NCBI RefSeq assembly: GCF_003334335.1
Contig: NZ_QOWQ01000026.1
Strand: one strand, 5' to 3'
Source: Escherichia coli
GTDB taxonomy: Bacteria > Pseudomonadota > Gammaproteobacteria > Enterobacterales > Enterobacteriaceae
DNA length: 64,000 nt
The notes beneath the pieces are model-generated. The model worked only from the letters and a program-made list of their open reading frames with translations, made no database searches and had not been told where the DNA came from. Positions 10,823 through 22,298 of this stretch are shown one piece after another; the stretch's first letter is position 1, and each line of letters starts with the position of its first letter. A program made the translations under genes and the position numbers.

Positions 10823-11518
10823 TCATTCTTTGCCCGGAAGTTTCTTCCATGCGACGTTGTTACGTAAATAAACCGGTTCGGCATGTTCCACCGCCACCGT
10901 TTTACCCTCAGCAAACATCTGACACGCAATCGGCAGCATATCTTCAGCAGCAGGCAGTAACACTTCGCCATCGCGCAAAACCAGCCCGCTCTCTTTACCG
11001 AGATCCGGCCAAGCTTGCCAGCCCGTCCCTACCGTCACCCATTCGCCGGAAAGCTGTTGCATTCGTTCATGGACGATTTCGGGTTTGAGTACGGCTTCGG
11101 TTTCTTCACCGTGCCAGATACCGTTTTCATCACGCTGATATTCGGCCCAGTAAACTTCGCCCATTCGCGCGTCAATGGCTGCCAGCACGCGGGTTGCGCC
11201 GTTTTTGCGCCACGCCCCTTGCGCCATCGTCATTAGCGTGGAGACGCCAATCATCGGTAATTCCGCGCCAAGCGCCAGCCCTTGCGCGATGCCAATACCA
11301 ATGCGCACGCCAGTAAAGCTACCGGGGCCGCGCCCGTAAGCCAGAGCGTTAATATCAGTCAGGGAAGTTCCGCTGGTGGTCAGGATATCCTGCACCATCG
11401 GTAAGATTCGTTGAGTATGTTCACGAGGGCAAAGCTCAAAATGAGCGTTGACAGTACCGTCGTTCCACAGGGCGACAGAGCAGGCCTCTGTCGCGGTATC
11501 GATAGCCAGAATTCGCAT
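10823..11518 (-). CDS. tsaB: tRNA threonylcarbamoyladenosine biosynthesis protein TsaB
   Basis: ORF track 231 aa; YeaZ/Kae1-family fold. Confidence 0.95.
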   Translation of the reverse strand: MRILAIDTATEACSVALWNDGTVNAHFELCPREHTQRILPMVQDILTTSGTSLTDINALAYGRGPGSFTGVRIGIGIAQGLALGAELPMIGVSTLMTMAQGAWRKNGATRVLAAIDARMGEVYWAEYQRDENGIWHGEETEAVLKPEIVHERMQQLSGEWVTVGTGWQAWPDLGKESGLVLRDGEVLLPAAEDMLPIACQMFAEGKTVAVEHAEPVYLRNNVAWKKLPGKE

Positions 11519-11575
11519 GGGTCTTCGTGCTTAGATCAATAAAAAGGCGCGCATCATACCATACTCCGTAACAAA

Positions 11576-13486
11576 TTACCTGGAGGATGGTATCGCAAGG
11601 AAACGAACCGCACGGGCAATGTCACGGGTGCGTGGCGCGGGCGGCAGACTGGCGAGAAACGTCGCGCCGTAAGGACGCATCACCAGCCGATTGTCACAAA
11701 TCACCAGCACGCCACGATCGTCGGCGTCGCGAATCAGTCGCCCTACCCCCTGTTTGAGAGTAATGACGGCATCTGGTAGTTGCACTTCATCGAACGGGTC
11801 GCCACCGCGCAAACGACAATCTTCCATGCGCGCTTTTAACAGTGGATCATCCGGCGAGGTAAACGGCAATTTGTCGATAATTACCAATGACAATGTATCG
11901 CCACGCACGTCCACCCCTTCCCAGAAACTGCTGGTTGCCACAAGAAGCGCATTACCGGCGCTGACAAATTGCTGCAACAGTTGCCCTTTGCTGGTTTCCC
12001 CCTGCAACAATACAGGAAGCGTCATGGTAGCGCGGAACTGCTCGGCCAGATCGCGCATCATGGCGTGCGAGGTACAAAGCATAAAACAACGACCGTTGTT
12101 AGCTTCGATGATCGGTCGCAGCATTGCCGCTAACTGGCGAGCAGAACCTGGCTGGTTGGTTTGCGGCAGATTGCGCGGCACACAGAGTAACGCCTGGCGG
12201 CTGTAATCAAATGGGCTGGGCAACAGCAACGACTCGGCCTGTTCGATGCCAAGCCGCGAGGTGAAATGATGCAGATCGTCGTTCACCGACAGCGTTGCTG
12301 AGGTGAAGATCCAGCTACCGGGTTTTTGCGCCATTAACTCTTTGAATTTATCCGCCACGCTGAGCGGCGTGAGAGCCAGAGTAAAATGGCGCGAAGTGCA
12401 TTCGTACCAGTAGCTGTAGCCCGGCTGATTGATCTCTTTTAGCCGCTTCAGCCGTGTGCGATACAACGTGGCGCGCTCAAATGCCGCATCCAGCAAGGCG
12501 GAACGCCCCAGTGACAGTTTCGCCACGTCATAACAAAGTTCCAGGGTGTCATCGAGCAGTAAAAATGCCCGCTGAATTTGCGGATTAGCTAACAGCTCAC
12601 GCAGGTTACCGCGATAACCTGGCTCACCGAGTTGCAGACGAAAATCCTGCGCACTCTGGGCAAGACGATCAGCGCACTTTTGTAACTGCTGGGTGTCTTT
12701 TAATTCGGTGCGGTAGGCGATGGTGATGTCTTTTGCCAGGTCGAGCAGTTGTCGACTGGAGAGTGACTGACCAAAATACTGGCTGGCAATGTCCGGTAGC
12801 TGGTGGGCTTCGTCGAAGATCATGACGTCCGCTTCCGGGATCAGTTCGCCAAATCCACTCTCTTTAACCACCATATCCGCCAGAAAGAGATGATGGTTTA
12901 CCACCACCACATCGGCGTCCATCGCTTTTTTACGTGCTTTGACCACAAAGCAATCTTTATACATCGGGCAGTCGCTGCCAAGACAGTTGTCGTTGGTGCT
13001 GGTGACCAGCGGCCACGCCTGTGAATCTTCCGCCACGCTGACGCAGGTGCTGATATCACCATCGACTGTTTGATTAGACCAGGAGCGCAGCAGGATCACA
13101 TCGCTTAAGATTTGTACCGGCAGATCGCCCCCCGCCAGCGCCTGCTGTTCGAGACGTTCGAGGCAGAGGTAGTTTGAGCGCCCTTTCAGCAGCGCCACGT
13201 TGCCCGTATATTTCAATGCCTTTGAGACTGTTGGCAAATCGCGGCTGTAGAGCTGATCCTGCAACGCTTTTGAGCCGGTCGAGATAATGACTTTCTTTTT
13301 CGCCCGCAGCGCAGGAGCCAGGTAAGCGTAGGTTTTGCCCGTACCGGTTCCTGCTTCCACCACCAGCGGCTGGCCTTTTTCTATCGCCTGGGTGACGGCT
13401 ACCGCCATCTGTCGCTGTGGTTCTCGCGGCTTAAAGCCTGGTATCGCTTTCGCCAGCTGACCGTCTGGTGCAAAATCGTCCGTCAC
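11576..13486 (-). CDS. yoaA: DinG-family ATP-dependent helicase YoaA
   Basis: ORF track 636 aa; GTG start; Walker A GTGKT and DEAH box. Confidence 0.9.
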   Translation of the reverse strand: MTDDFAPDGQLAKAIPGFKPREPQRQMAVAVTQAIEKGQPLVVEAGTGTGKTYAYLAPALRAKKKVIISTGSKALQDQLYSRDLPTVSKALKYTGNVALLKGRSNYLCLERLEQQALAGGDLPVQILSDVILLRSWSNQTVDGDISTCVSVAEDSQAWPLVTSTNDNCLGSDCPMYKDCFVVKARKKAMDADVVVVNHHLFLADMVVKESGFGELIPEADVMIFDEAHQLPDIASQYFGQSLSSRQLLDLAKDITIAYRTELKDTQQLQKCADRLAQSAQDFRLQLGEPGYRGNLRELLANPQIQRAFLLLDDTLELCYDVAKLSLGRSALLDAAFERATLYRTRLKRLKEINQPGYSYWYECTSRHFTLALTPLSVADKFKELMAQKPGSWIFTSATLSVNDDLHHFTSRLGIEQAESLLLPSPFDYSRQALLCVPRNLPQTNQPGSARQLAAMLRPIIEANNGRCFMLCTSHAMMRDLAEQFRATMTLPVLLQGETSKGQLLQQFVSAGNALLVATSSFWEGVDVRGDTLSLVIIDKLPFTSPDDPLLKARMEDCRLRGGDPFDEVQLPDAVITLKQGVGRLIRDADDRGVLVICDNRLVMRPYGATFLASLPPAPRTRDIARAVRFLAIPSSR

Positions 13487-13494
13487 ACTACCCC

Positions 13495-13510
13495 CTGTTG
13501 ATTTGAACAG
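13495..13510. promoter_or_regulatory. LexA-box-like CTG-N10-CAG element just upstream of yoaA
   Basis: CTGTTGATTTGAACAG, 9 nt from the yoaA GTG start. Confidence 0.35.
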
Positions 13511-13617
13511 GGATTATGTCAGGATGAGGGCGCTTTCGCCAGTTGAAGTGGTGACGGCGACCTCACATTGTGGCAGTCTTTGCAGCACGAAAATGGAAGT
13601 ATAATGAGGACAAAATG

Positions 13618-13962
13618 ATGACTATCGTTCGTATCGATGCTGAAGCCCGCTGGTCTGATGTAGTAATCCACAACAACACGCTCTACTACACTGGTGTACC
13701 GGAAAACCTCGACGCCGATGCCTTTGAGCAAACCGCCAACACGCTGGCACAGATTGACGCCGTGCTGGAAAAACAGGGCAGCAATAAATCGAGCATTCTG
13801 GATGCCACCATTTTCCTGGCCGATAAAAACGACTTCGCGGCGATGAATAAAGCGTGGGATGCCTGGGTTGTCGCGGGTCATGCGCCGGTGCGCTGCACGG
13901 TACAAGCGGGTTTGATGAACCCGAAGTATAAAGTTGAAATTAAGATTGTGGCTGCGGTGTAA
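13618..13962 (+). CDS. yoaB: RidA/YjgF-family protein
   Basis: ORF track 13570..13962 trimmed to ATG at 13618 (114 aa, MTIVRID...); GAGGA SD upstream; tandem ATG at 13615. Confidence 0.85.
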   Translation: MTIVRIDAEARWSDVVIHNNTLYYTGVPENLDADAFEQTANTLAQIDAVLEKQGSNKSSILDATIFLADKNDFAAMNKAWDAWVVAGHAPVRCTVQAGLMNPKYKVEIKIVAAV

Positions 13963-14383
13963 GCTTTATCGAAGCAAAATAAGTCAGACGATAATTTATC
14001 GATAATACTGGTCGGTTTTACATAAATCGACCAGAGAATAAGATATTACTGTTGATGCTTCTGCTAATTCATTATTTATATTTATAATTTCAATTTTATC
14101 TATAAAACTAACTATATAAATAAACATAAACATGCCGTTGTGTTCGCCCTTTGATTAGCAACTCTGGTTTTCTTTCTTAGCTGAACAATCTGGTTATAGC
14201 GTGCGGACTGACCGTTAAATTTCTCCATCTTACTGGATAACACACCATGAGCTGCTACCTTTAAAACACCTGAATGTCAACAGGTTAACTCGTGCCATAT
14301 CGTTATAATCCCTTTGATATTAGATGCAAATTAAGGTCATATATAGCCTTATCGATAACATGGTTAATTTTAAGGATAAGAAT

Positions 14384-14683
14384 ATGCCTGCTGTAATAGA
14401 TAAAGCCCTGGATTTCATTGGTGCCATGGATGTATCAGCGCCAACACCAAGTTCGATGAATGAAAGCACGGCGAAGGGAATCTTTAAATATTTAAAAGAA
14501 CTGGGAGTACCCGCGAGTGCCGCTGATATTACGGCGCGAGCTGACCAGGAAGGCTGGAACCCTGGGTTCACGGAAAAAATGGTTGGATGGGCAAAAAAAA
14601 TGGAGACAGGTGAACGTTCTGTGATTAAAAATCCTGAATACTTTTCAACATATATGCAGGAAGAACTAAAAGCACTGGTCTGA
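14384..14683 (+). CDS. yoaC: uncharacterized protein YoaC (DUF1889)
   Basis: ORF track 14324..14683 trimmed to ATG 14384 (99 aa) with AAGGA SD. Confidence 0.8.
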   Translation: MPAVIDKALDFIGAMDVSAPTPSSMNESTAKGIFKYLKELGVPASAADITARADQEGWNPGFTEKMVGWAKKMETGERSVIKNPEYFSTYMQEELKALV

Positions 14684-14711
14684 GTTAAATTTATATCAGC
14701 ATAAATGGGTC

Positions 14712-14749
14712 AGGACGCTTTTAATCACATATAAAAAGCGTCCTTTTTC
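14712..14749. terminator. bidirectional intrinsic terminator between convergent yoaC and yoaH
   Basis: Perfect stem AGGACGCTTTT / AAAAGCGTCCT with 10-nt loop, flanked by T-tract. Confidence 0.7.
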
Positions 14750-14802
14750 TCACAATCAAATGATCATCGGCTTCTATAACGAAATCGATACGGATTAGTG
14801 TG

Positions 14803-14982
14803 TTACTCGTCTTCATCCTCAAAACGCGCCACGATTCGCTCGCCGGAGTGGTTGGCACGCAGCTCTTCTGCCACCAGCGCGATTGCCTGGCCGCTGCTCA
14901 TCCCTTGTGCCATCAGTTCCTGGATCCGCTCGACAGCTTTTTGCTGCTGTTCATGGGTGAGTGAAGGTAAACCTGCAAACAT
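14803..14982 (-). CDS. yoaH: UPF0181 small protein YoaH (59 aa)
   Basis: Not in ORF track (below 60 aa); minus-strand ATG at 14982, translation [65 protein letters not shown]. Confidence 0.85.
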
Positions 14983-15055
14983 TGTTAACTCCTGCTAAAT
15001 TGTTGGCGCTAATTATTTCATGCTACCCGGCACATAGCCAGTAGAGTCAGGACTG

Positions 15056-16417
15056 ATGAAGACGTTATCTCCCGCTGTGATTACTTTACCCTGGCGTCAG
15101 GACGCCGCTGAATTTTATTTCTCCCGCTTAAGCCACCTGCCGTGGGCGATGCTTTTACACTCCGGCTATGCCGATCATCCGTATAGCCGCTTTGATATTG
15201 TGGTCGCCGAGCCGATTTGCACTTTAACCACTTTCGGTAAAGAAACCGTTGTTAGTGAAAGCGAAAAACGCACAACGACCACTGATGACCCGCTACAGGT
15301 GCTCCAGCAGGTGCTGGATCGCGCAGACATTCGCCCAACGCATAACGAAGATTTGCCATTTCAGGGCGGCGCACTGGGGTTGTTTGGCTACGATCTGGGC
15401 CGCCGTTTTGAGTCACTGCCAGAAATTGCGGAACAAGATATCGTTCTGCCGGATATGGCAGTGGGTATCTACGATTGGGCGCTCATTGTCGACCACCAGC
15501 GTCATACAGTTTCTTTGCTGAGTCATAATGATGTCAATGCCCGTCGGGCCTGGCTGGAAAGCCAGCAATTCTCGCCGCAGGAAGATTTCACGCTCACTTC
15601 CGACTGGCAATCCAATATGACCCGCGAGCAGTACGGCGAAAAATTTCGCCAGGTACAGGAATATCTGCACAGCGGTGATTGCTATCAGGTGAATCTCGCC
15701 CAACGTTTTCATGCGACCTATTCTGGCGATGAATGGCAGGCATTCCTTCAGCTTAATCAGGCCAACCGCGCGCCATTTAGCGCTTTTTTACGTCTTGAAC
15801 AGGGTGCAATTTTAAGCCTTTCGCCAGAGCGGTTTATTCTTTGTGATAATAGTGAAATCCAGACCCGCCCGATTAAAGGCACGCTACCACGCCTGCCCGA
15901 TCCTCAGGAAGATAGCAAACAAGCAGTAAAACTGGCGAACTCAGCGAAAGATCGTGCCGAAAATCTGATGATTGTCGATTTAATGCGTAATGATATCGGT
16001 CGTGTTGCCGTAGCAGGTTCGGTAAAAGTACCAGAGCTGTTCGTGGTGGAACCCTTCCCTGCCGTGCATCATCTGGTCAGCACCATAACGGCGCAACTAC
16101 CAGAACAGTTACACGCCAGCGATCTGCTGCGCGCAGCTTTTCCTGGTGGCTCAATAACCGGGGCTCCGAAAGTACGGGCTATGGAAATTATCGACGAACT
16201 GGAACCGCAGCGACGCAATGCCTGGTGCGGCAGCATTGGCTATTTGAGCTTTTGCGGCAACATGGATACCAGTATTACTATCCGCACGCTGACTGCCATT
16301 AACGGACAAATTTTCTGCTCTGCGGGCGGTGGAATTGTCGCCGATAGCCAGGAAGAAGCGGAATATCAGGAAACTTTTGATAAAGTTAATCGTATCCTGA
16401 AGCAACTGGAGAAGTAA
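15056..16417 (+). CDS. pabB: aminodeoxychorismate synthase component I
   Basis: ORF track 453 aa; chorismate-binding enzyme family. Confidence 0.95.
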   Translation: MKTLSPAVITLPWRQDAAEFYFSRLSHLPWAMLLHSGYADHPYSRFDIVVAEPICTLTTFGKETVVSESEKRTTTTDDPLQVLQQVLDRADIRPTHNEDLPFQGGALGLFGYDLGRRFESLPEIAEQDIVLPDMAVGIYDWALIVDHQRHTVSLLSHNDVNARRAWLESQQFSPQEDFTLTSDWQSNMTREQYGEKFRQVQEYLHSGDCYQVNLAQRFHATYSGDEWQAFLQLNQANRAPFSAFLRLEQGAILSLSPERFILCDNSEIQTRPIKGTLPRLPDPQEDSKQAVKLANSAKDRAENLMIVDLMRNDIGRVAVAGSVKVPELFVVEPFPAVHHLVSTITAQLPEQLHASDLLRAAFPGGSITGAPKVRAMEIIDELEPQRRNAWCGSIGYLSFCGNMDTSITIRTLTAINGQIFCSAGGGIVADSQEEAEYQETFDKVNRILKQLEK

Positions 16418-16420
16418 GAC

Positions 16421-16999
16421 GTGGAATACCGTAGCCTGACGCTTGATGATTTTTTATCGCGCTTTCAACTTTTGCGCCCGCAAATTAACCGGGAAACCCT
16501 AAATCATCGTCAGGCTGCTGTGTTAATCCCCATCGTCCGTCGACCGCAACCGGGGTTGTTGCTGACTCAGCGTTCGATTCATCTGCGTAAACACGCTGGA
16601 CAAGTGGCATTCCCTGGAGGTGCAGTCGATGACACGGACGCATCAGCTATCGCCGCCGCGCTGCGCGAAGCTGAAGAAGAGGTCGCTATACCGCCTTCCG
16701 CCGTTGAAGTTATCGGCGTGCTGCCGCCCGTCGATAGCGTCACTGGCTACCAGGTAACCCCAGTGGTCGGCATTATCCCGCCCGATCTGCCGTATCGCGC
16801 CAGTGAAGATGAAGTCTCGGCGGTGTTTGAAATGCCGCTCGCCCAGGCATTACATCTGGGTCGTTATCACCCTTTAGATATCTACCGCCGTGGTGATTCA
16901 CATCGGGTATGGCTGTCCTGGTACGAACAGTATTTTGTATGGGGAATGACCGCAGGCATAATTCGTGAGCTGGCGCTGCAAATTGGTGTGAAACCCTGA
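16421..16999 (+). CDS. nudL: Nudix hydrolase (CoA pyrophosphatase type)
   Basis: ORF track 192 aa, GTG start; Nudix box GG-x5-E-x7-REAAEE. Confidence 0.9.
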
Positions 17000-17182
17000 C
17001 TATACTTATCTTTACATCTACAAAACACTACTTGAGACAATCATCGCAATATTAGTTAAATCGCGGTTTTTGATTAGTTTAATTCATGTGAATAGTTAAG
17101 CCAGTCGCCGCGTTCCCTCTTACACTATGCGCTGTTATTAGTTCGTTACTGGAAGTCCAGTCACCTTGTCAGGAGTATTATC

Positions 17183-18547
17183 GTGATTAGTCTATTCGAC
17201 ATGTTTAAGGTGGGGATTGGTCCCTCATCTTCCCATACCGTAGGGCCTATGAAGGCAGGTAAACAGTTCGTCGATGATCTGGTCGAAAAAGGCTTACTGG
17301 ATAGCGTTACTCGCGTTGCCGTGGACGTTTATGGTTCACTGTCGCTGACGGGTAAAGGCCACCACACCGATATCGCCATTATTATGGGTCTTGCAGGTAA
17401 CGAACCTGCCACCGTGGATATCGACAGTATTCCCGGTTTTATTCGCGACGTAGAAGAGCGCGAACGTCTGCTGCTGGCACAGGGACGGCATGAAGTGGAT
17501 TTCCCGCGCGACAACGGGATGCGTTTTCATAACGGCAACCTGCCGCTGCATGAAAACGGTATGCAAATCCACGCCTATAACGGCGATGAAGTCGTCTACA
17601 GCAAAACTTATTATTCCATCGGCGGCGGTTTTATCGTCGATGAAGAACACTTTGGTCAGGATGCTGCCAACGAAGTAAGCGTGCCGTATCCGTTCAAATC
17701 TGCCACCGAACTGCTCGCGTACTGTAATGAAACCGGCTATTCGCTGTCTGGTCTCGCTATGCAGAACGAACTGGCGCTGCACAGCAAGAAAGAGATCGAC
17801 GAGTATTTCGCGCATGTCTGGCAAACCATGCAGGCATGTATCGATCGCGGGATGAACACCGAAGGTGTACTGCCAGGCCCGCTGCGCGTGCCACGTCGTG
17901 CGTCTGCCCTGCGCCGGATGCTGGTTTCCAGCGATAAACTGTCTAACGATCCGATGAATGTCATTGACTGGGTAAACATGTTTGCGCTGGCAGTTAACGA
18001 AGAAAACGCCGCCGGTGGTCGTGTGGTAACTGCGCCAACCAACGGTGCCTGCGGTATCGTTCCGGCAGTGCTGGCTTACTATGACCACTTTATTGAATCG
18101 GTCAGCCCGGACATCTATACCCGTTACTTTATGGCAGCGGGCGCGATTGGTGCATTGTATAAAATGAACGCCTCTATTTCCGGTGCGGAAGTTGGTTGCC
18201 AGGGCGAAGTGGGTGTTGCCTGTTCAATGGCTGCTGCGGGTCTTGCAGAACTGCTGGGCGGTAGCCCGGAACAGGTTTGCGTGGCGGCGGAAATTGGCAT
18301 GGAACACAACCTTGGTTTAACCTGCGACCCGGTTGCAGGGCAGGTTCAGGTGCCGTGCATTGAGCGTAATGCCATTGCCTCTGTGAAGGCGATTAACGCC
18401 GCGCGGATGGCTCTGCGCCGCACCAGTGCACCGCGCGTCTCGCTGGATAAGGTCATCGAAACGATGTACGAAACCGGTAAGGACATGAACGCCAAATACC
18501 GCGAAACCTCACGCGGTGGTCTGGCAATCAAAGTCCAGTGTGACTAA
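17183..18547 (+). CDS. sdaA: L-serine dehydratase 1
   Basis: ORF track 454 aa, GTG start; iron-sulfur serine dehydratase family. Confidence 0.95.
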   Translation: MISLFDMFKVGIGPSSSHTVGPMKAGKQFVDDLVEKGLLDSVTRVAVDVYGSLSLTGKGHHTDIAIIMGLAGNEPATVDIDSIPGFIRDVEERERLLLAQGRHEVDFPRDNGMRFHNGNLPLHENGMQIHAYNGDEVVYSKTYYSIGGGFIVDEEHFGQDAANEVSVPYPFKSATELLAYCNETGYSLSGLAMQNELALHSKKEIDEYFAHVWQTMQACIDRGMNTEGVLPGPLRVPRRASALRRMLVSSDKLSNDPMNVIDWVNMFALAVNEENAAGGRVVTAPTNGACGIVPAVLAYYDHFIESVSPDIYTRYFMAAGAIGALYKMNASISGAEVGCQGEVGVACSMAAAGLAELLGGSPEQVCVAAEIGMEHNLGLTCDPVAGQVQVPCIERNAIASVKAINAARMALRRTSAPRVSLDKVIETMYETGKDMNAKYRETSRGGLAIKVQCD

Positions 18548-18677
18548 TACTTCTTACTCGCCCATCTGCAACGGATGGGCGAATTTATACCCGCTTTCTC
18601 GTCTGCTGTAATATTCCCCACTACACTTCCACTGTTGCGTCAGGCGTTTGTCGCCATACGCTTACAGGGTGGCCCGC

Positions 18678-20276
18678 ATGCAAAAAGCACAACGGATCAT
18701 TAAAACCTATCGTCGTAATCGAATGATTGTTTGTACGATTTGCGCACTCGTTACGCTCGCTTCGACCCTGAGCGTGCGATTTATTTCACAGCGTAACTTA
18801 AATCAACAACGGGTAGTACAATTCGCCAATCACGCTGTAGAGGAATTAGATAAAGTACTGCTTCCCCTACAGGCAGGTAGCGAAGTCTTGCTTCCGCTGA
18901 TTGGTCTGCCCTGCTCTGTCGCCCATTTGCCATTACGTAAACAGGCGGCAAAACTCCAAACTGTGCGATCCATTGGCCTGGTGCAAGACGGCACACTTTA
19001 TTGCTCCAGCATTTTTGGTTATCGCAATGTGCCCGTCGTGGACATTCTGGCTGAACTTCCTGCACCGCAACCACTTTTACGCCTGACGATCGACCGTGCC
19101 CTGATTAAAGGCAGTCCGGTTTTGATTCAATGGACGCCTGCAGCGGGCAGTAGCAATGCTGGGGTCATGGAGATGATTAACATCGACTTACTGACGGCAA
19201 TGCTGCTTGAGCCACAACTGCCGCAAATCAGTAGCGCCAGCCTGACGGTGGACAAACGGCATTTGCTCTATGGTAATGGGCTGGTAGATTCCCTTCCGCA
19301 ACCTGAAGACAATGAAAACTATCAGGTTTCTTCGCAACGCTTTCCTTTTACCATTAACGTTAATGGTCCGGGGGCTACGGCGCTGGCATGGCACTATCTT
19401 CCAACACAATTACCGCTGGCGGTGCTGCTAAGTTTACTGGTGGGCTACATCGCCTGGCTGGCGACCGCTTACCGAATGAGCTTTTCCCGCGAAATCAATC
19501 TGGGCCTGGCGCAACATGAGTTCGAATTGTTCTGTCAGCCTTTGCTTAATGCGCGCAGCCAGCAATGTATTGGTGTAGAGATTTTGCTGCGCTGGAACAA
19601 TCCGCGTCAGGGCTGGATTTCACCGGATGTGTTTATTCCTATCGCGGAAGAACATCATTTAATTGTGCCACTGACCCGCTATGTGATGGCAGAAACCATT
19701 CGTCAGCGCCATGTTTTCCCGATGAGTAGTCAGTTTCATGTTGGCATTAACGTCGCACCCAGCCATTTTCGCCGTGGTGTGCTGATAAAAGATCTCAATC
19801 AGTACTGGTTTAGCGCTCACCCGATTCAGCAACTGATCCTCGAAATCACCGAACGCGATGCCTTACTGGATGTTGATTATCGGATTGCCCGCGAGCTGCA
19901 TCGTAAAAACGTCAAACTGGCGATTGATGACTTCGGCACCGGCAACAGCTCGTTTTCCTGGCTTGAAACATTACGTCCTGACGTGCTGAAAATTGATAAG
20001 TCATTTACCGCAGCTATAGGTTCTGACGCGGTTAACTCGACGGTGACCGATATCATCATCGCGCTGGGGCAAAGACTGAATATTGAACTGGTGGCGGAGG
20101 GCGTGGAAACGCAAGAACAGGCGAAGTATTTGCGCCGTCATGGCGTGCATATTTTGCAAGGGTATTTGTACGCACAGCCGATGCCGCTACGTGATTTTCC
20201 CAAATGGCTGGCGGGCAGCCAACCGCCGCCCGCCCGGCATAATGGACATATCACGCCCATTATGCCGTTACGTTAA
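18678..20276 (+). CDS. pdeD: c-di-GMP phosphodiesterase with periplasmic CSS domain and EAL domain
   Basis: ORF track 18648..20276 trimmed to ATG 18678 (532 aa); EAL-domain signature (EITER... DDFGTG). Confidence 0.9.
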   Translation: MQKAQRIIKTYRRNRMIVCTICALVTLASTLSVRFISQRNLNQQRVVQFANHAVEELDKVLLPLQAGSEVLLPLIGLPCSVAHLPLRKQAAKLQTVRSIGLVQDGTLYCSSIFGYRNVPVVDILAELPAPQPLLRLTIDRALIKGSPVLIQWTPAAGSSNAGVMEMINIDLLTAMLLEPQLPQISSASLTVDKRHLLYGNGLVDSLPQPEDNENYQVSSQRFPFTINVNGPGATALAWHYLPTQLPLAVLLSLLVGYIAWLATAYRMSFSREINLGLAQHEFELFCQPLLNARSQQCIGVEILLRWNNPRQGWISPDVFIPIAEEHHLIVPLTRYVMAETIRQRHVFPMSSQFHVGINVAPSHFRRGVLIKDLNQYWFSAHPIQQLILEITERDALLDVDYRIARELHRKNVKLAIDDFGTGNSSFSWLETLRPDVLKIDKSFTAAIGSDAVNSTVTDIIIALGQRLNIELVAEGVETQEQAKYLRRHGVHILQGYLYAQPMPLRDFPKWLAGSQPPPARHNGHITPIMPLR

Positions 20277-20279
20277 CGC

Positions 20280-21836
20280 TTACTCATCTTCATCGTGCGC
20301 CGGTTGCTCTTTAACAATGCGAACCAGATCAACACGATAATCATTGGCTTCAATGATGGTGATATGCAGTGGCCCTACATCAATCACATCGCCCACACGG
20401 GGAATGTGACCATTTGCCGAGATCACGAGGCCCGCGACCGTCGCGATATCATCGTCATCGGCAAGGTGCTCAACATCAAGCGCCTGCTGCAAGGCATGCA
20501 AATCTGTACCGCCTTTTACCAGCCAGCCGTCACCATCAGTAATGATTTCCGGCGTTTCGTCAGCGTCCGGGAATTCACCCGCAATGGCTTCCAGCACATC
20601 CAGCGGCGTGACCAGACCTTGTACCACACCAAACTCGTTGGTCACGATAACAAAGCTCCCGCGAGCACGACGCAGCACGCCCAACAGGTTGATCGGATCG
20701 AGGGTTTCCGGGACGATAATCGCCGGAGACGCCGAAGCAATCGCCGCCACATCAACGCCCTCTTCCAGCGCCACCAGCAGTTCTTTAGCACGTACAATAC
20801 CGATGATTTCATCCAGTTCACCGCGACATACCGGGAACAGACTGTGCGGTGAAGAGAGCAGTTGCTCGCGGATTTCATCGACCCCGAGATTAGCGTCAAC
20901 CCAGCTTATTTCACCGCGCGGCGTCATGATCCCGCGCAGAGAACGCGACGCCAGCGTCAGTACGCCGTTAATCATGTAACGTTCTTCTTCGGCAAATGCA
21001 CCTTCCGGGATCGGCATCGGCATCGGGTTATCGGCATCGTGCTGAACATTGGCCTGACGTTTCCCGCCCATCAAACGCAGGATGGCATCGGCAGTACGCG
21101 CTCGCAGCGGCAAAGTCGACTGGTGGCGAATAAAGTTGCGACGCGCAATCTGGTTAAACACTTCGATGATGATCGAGAAGCCAATCGCGGCATACAGGTA
21201 ACCTTTCGGAATGTGGAAACCGAAACCTTCTGCCACCAGACTCAGACCAATCATTAACAGGAAGCTCAGACAGAGCACCACCACCGTGGGGTGCTGGTTA
21301 ACGAATCGCGTCAGCGGTTTGGATGCCAGCAACATAACCGCCATCGCAATCACTACCGCCGCCATCATCACCGGCAGATGGTTAACCATCCCTACTGCAG
21401 TAATTACCGCATCCAACGAGAAGACGGCGTCAAGGATGACAATCTGTGTGACGACCACCCAGAAACTGGCGTAGCCTTTACCGTGGCCGGAATCATGATC
21501 GCGGTTTTCCAGCCGTTCATGCAGTTCGGTTGTTGCTTTGAACAGCAAGAATATCCCCCCGAACAACATAATCAGGTCGCGTCCGGAGAAGGAGAAATCC
21601 ATGACGGTAAATAGCGGTTTGGTCAGCGTGACCATCCATGAAATCAGCGACAGCAGCCCCAGACGCATAATCAGCGCCAGTGATAACCCCAGCAAACGCG
21701 CTTTATCGCGTTGTTTTGGCGGCAGTTTGTCAGCAAGAATGGCGATGAAGACCAGGTTATCGATACCCAGCACAATTTCGAGAACAACAAGCGTGAGTAG
21801 CCCCGCCCAAATTGAGGGGTCCATTAAGAATTCCAT
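20280..21836 (-). CDS. yoaE: TerC-family membrane protein with CBS and CorC/HlyC domains (UPF0053)
   Basis: ORF track 518 aa; stop lies 3 nt from the convergent pdeD stop. Confidence 0.9.
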
Positions 21837-22298
21837 GACAAGCTCCTGCTTAAGGAATAGCTATTCGACGCCAGAAATAATGCAGGCGTAACGACAAAAT
21901 GCAAACGAAAGGTGCGGCATAGAGTGCCAGAAAGGCAGGCGTTAAAAGGCCTGATGCTGAAATGACGTCGGTGACGATCCATACTGCGGGCTACTGCCCT
22001 ATACTCCATGGTTGTTAAACGGGAGTTAAACATATCAGAGACGCCTCTGATTTGGCAAAGATTTACCTTCCTTTGCAAACGAATGTGACAAGGATATTTT
22101 ACCTTTCGAAATTTCTGCTAATCGAAAGTTAAATTACGGATCTTCATCACATAAAATAATTTTTTCGATATCTAAAATAAATCGCGAAACGCAGGGGTTT
22201 TTGGTTGTAGCCCTTATCTGAATCGATTCGATTGTGGACGACGATTCAAAAATACATCTGGCACGTTGAGGTGTTAACGATAATAAAGGAGGTAGCAA

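Noticed and set aside
21837-22100. Possible yybP-ykoY-like riboswitch upstream of the TerC-family gene yoaE
   Set aside because: Only a short AGTAGCC-like fragment is present; the other conserved blocks are missing.
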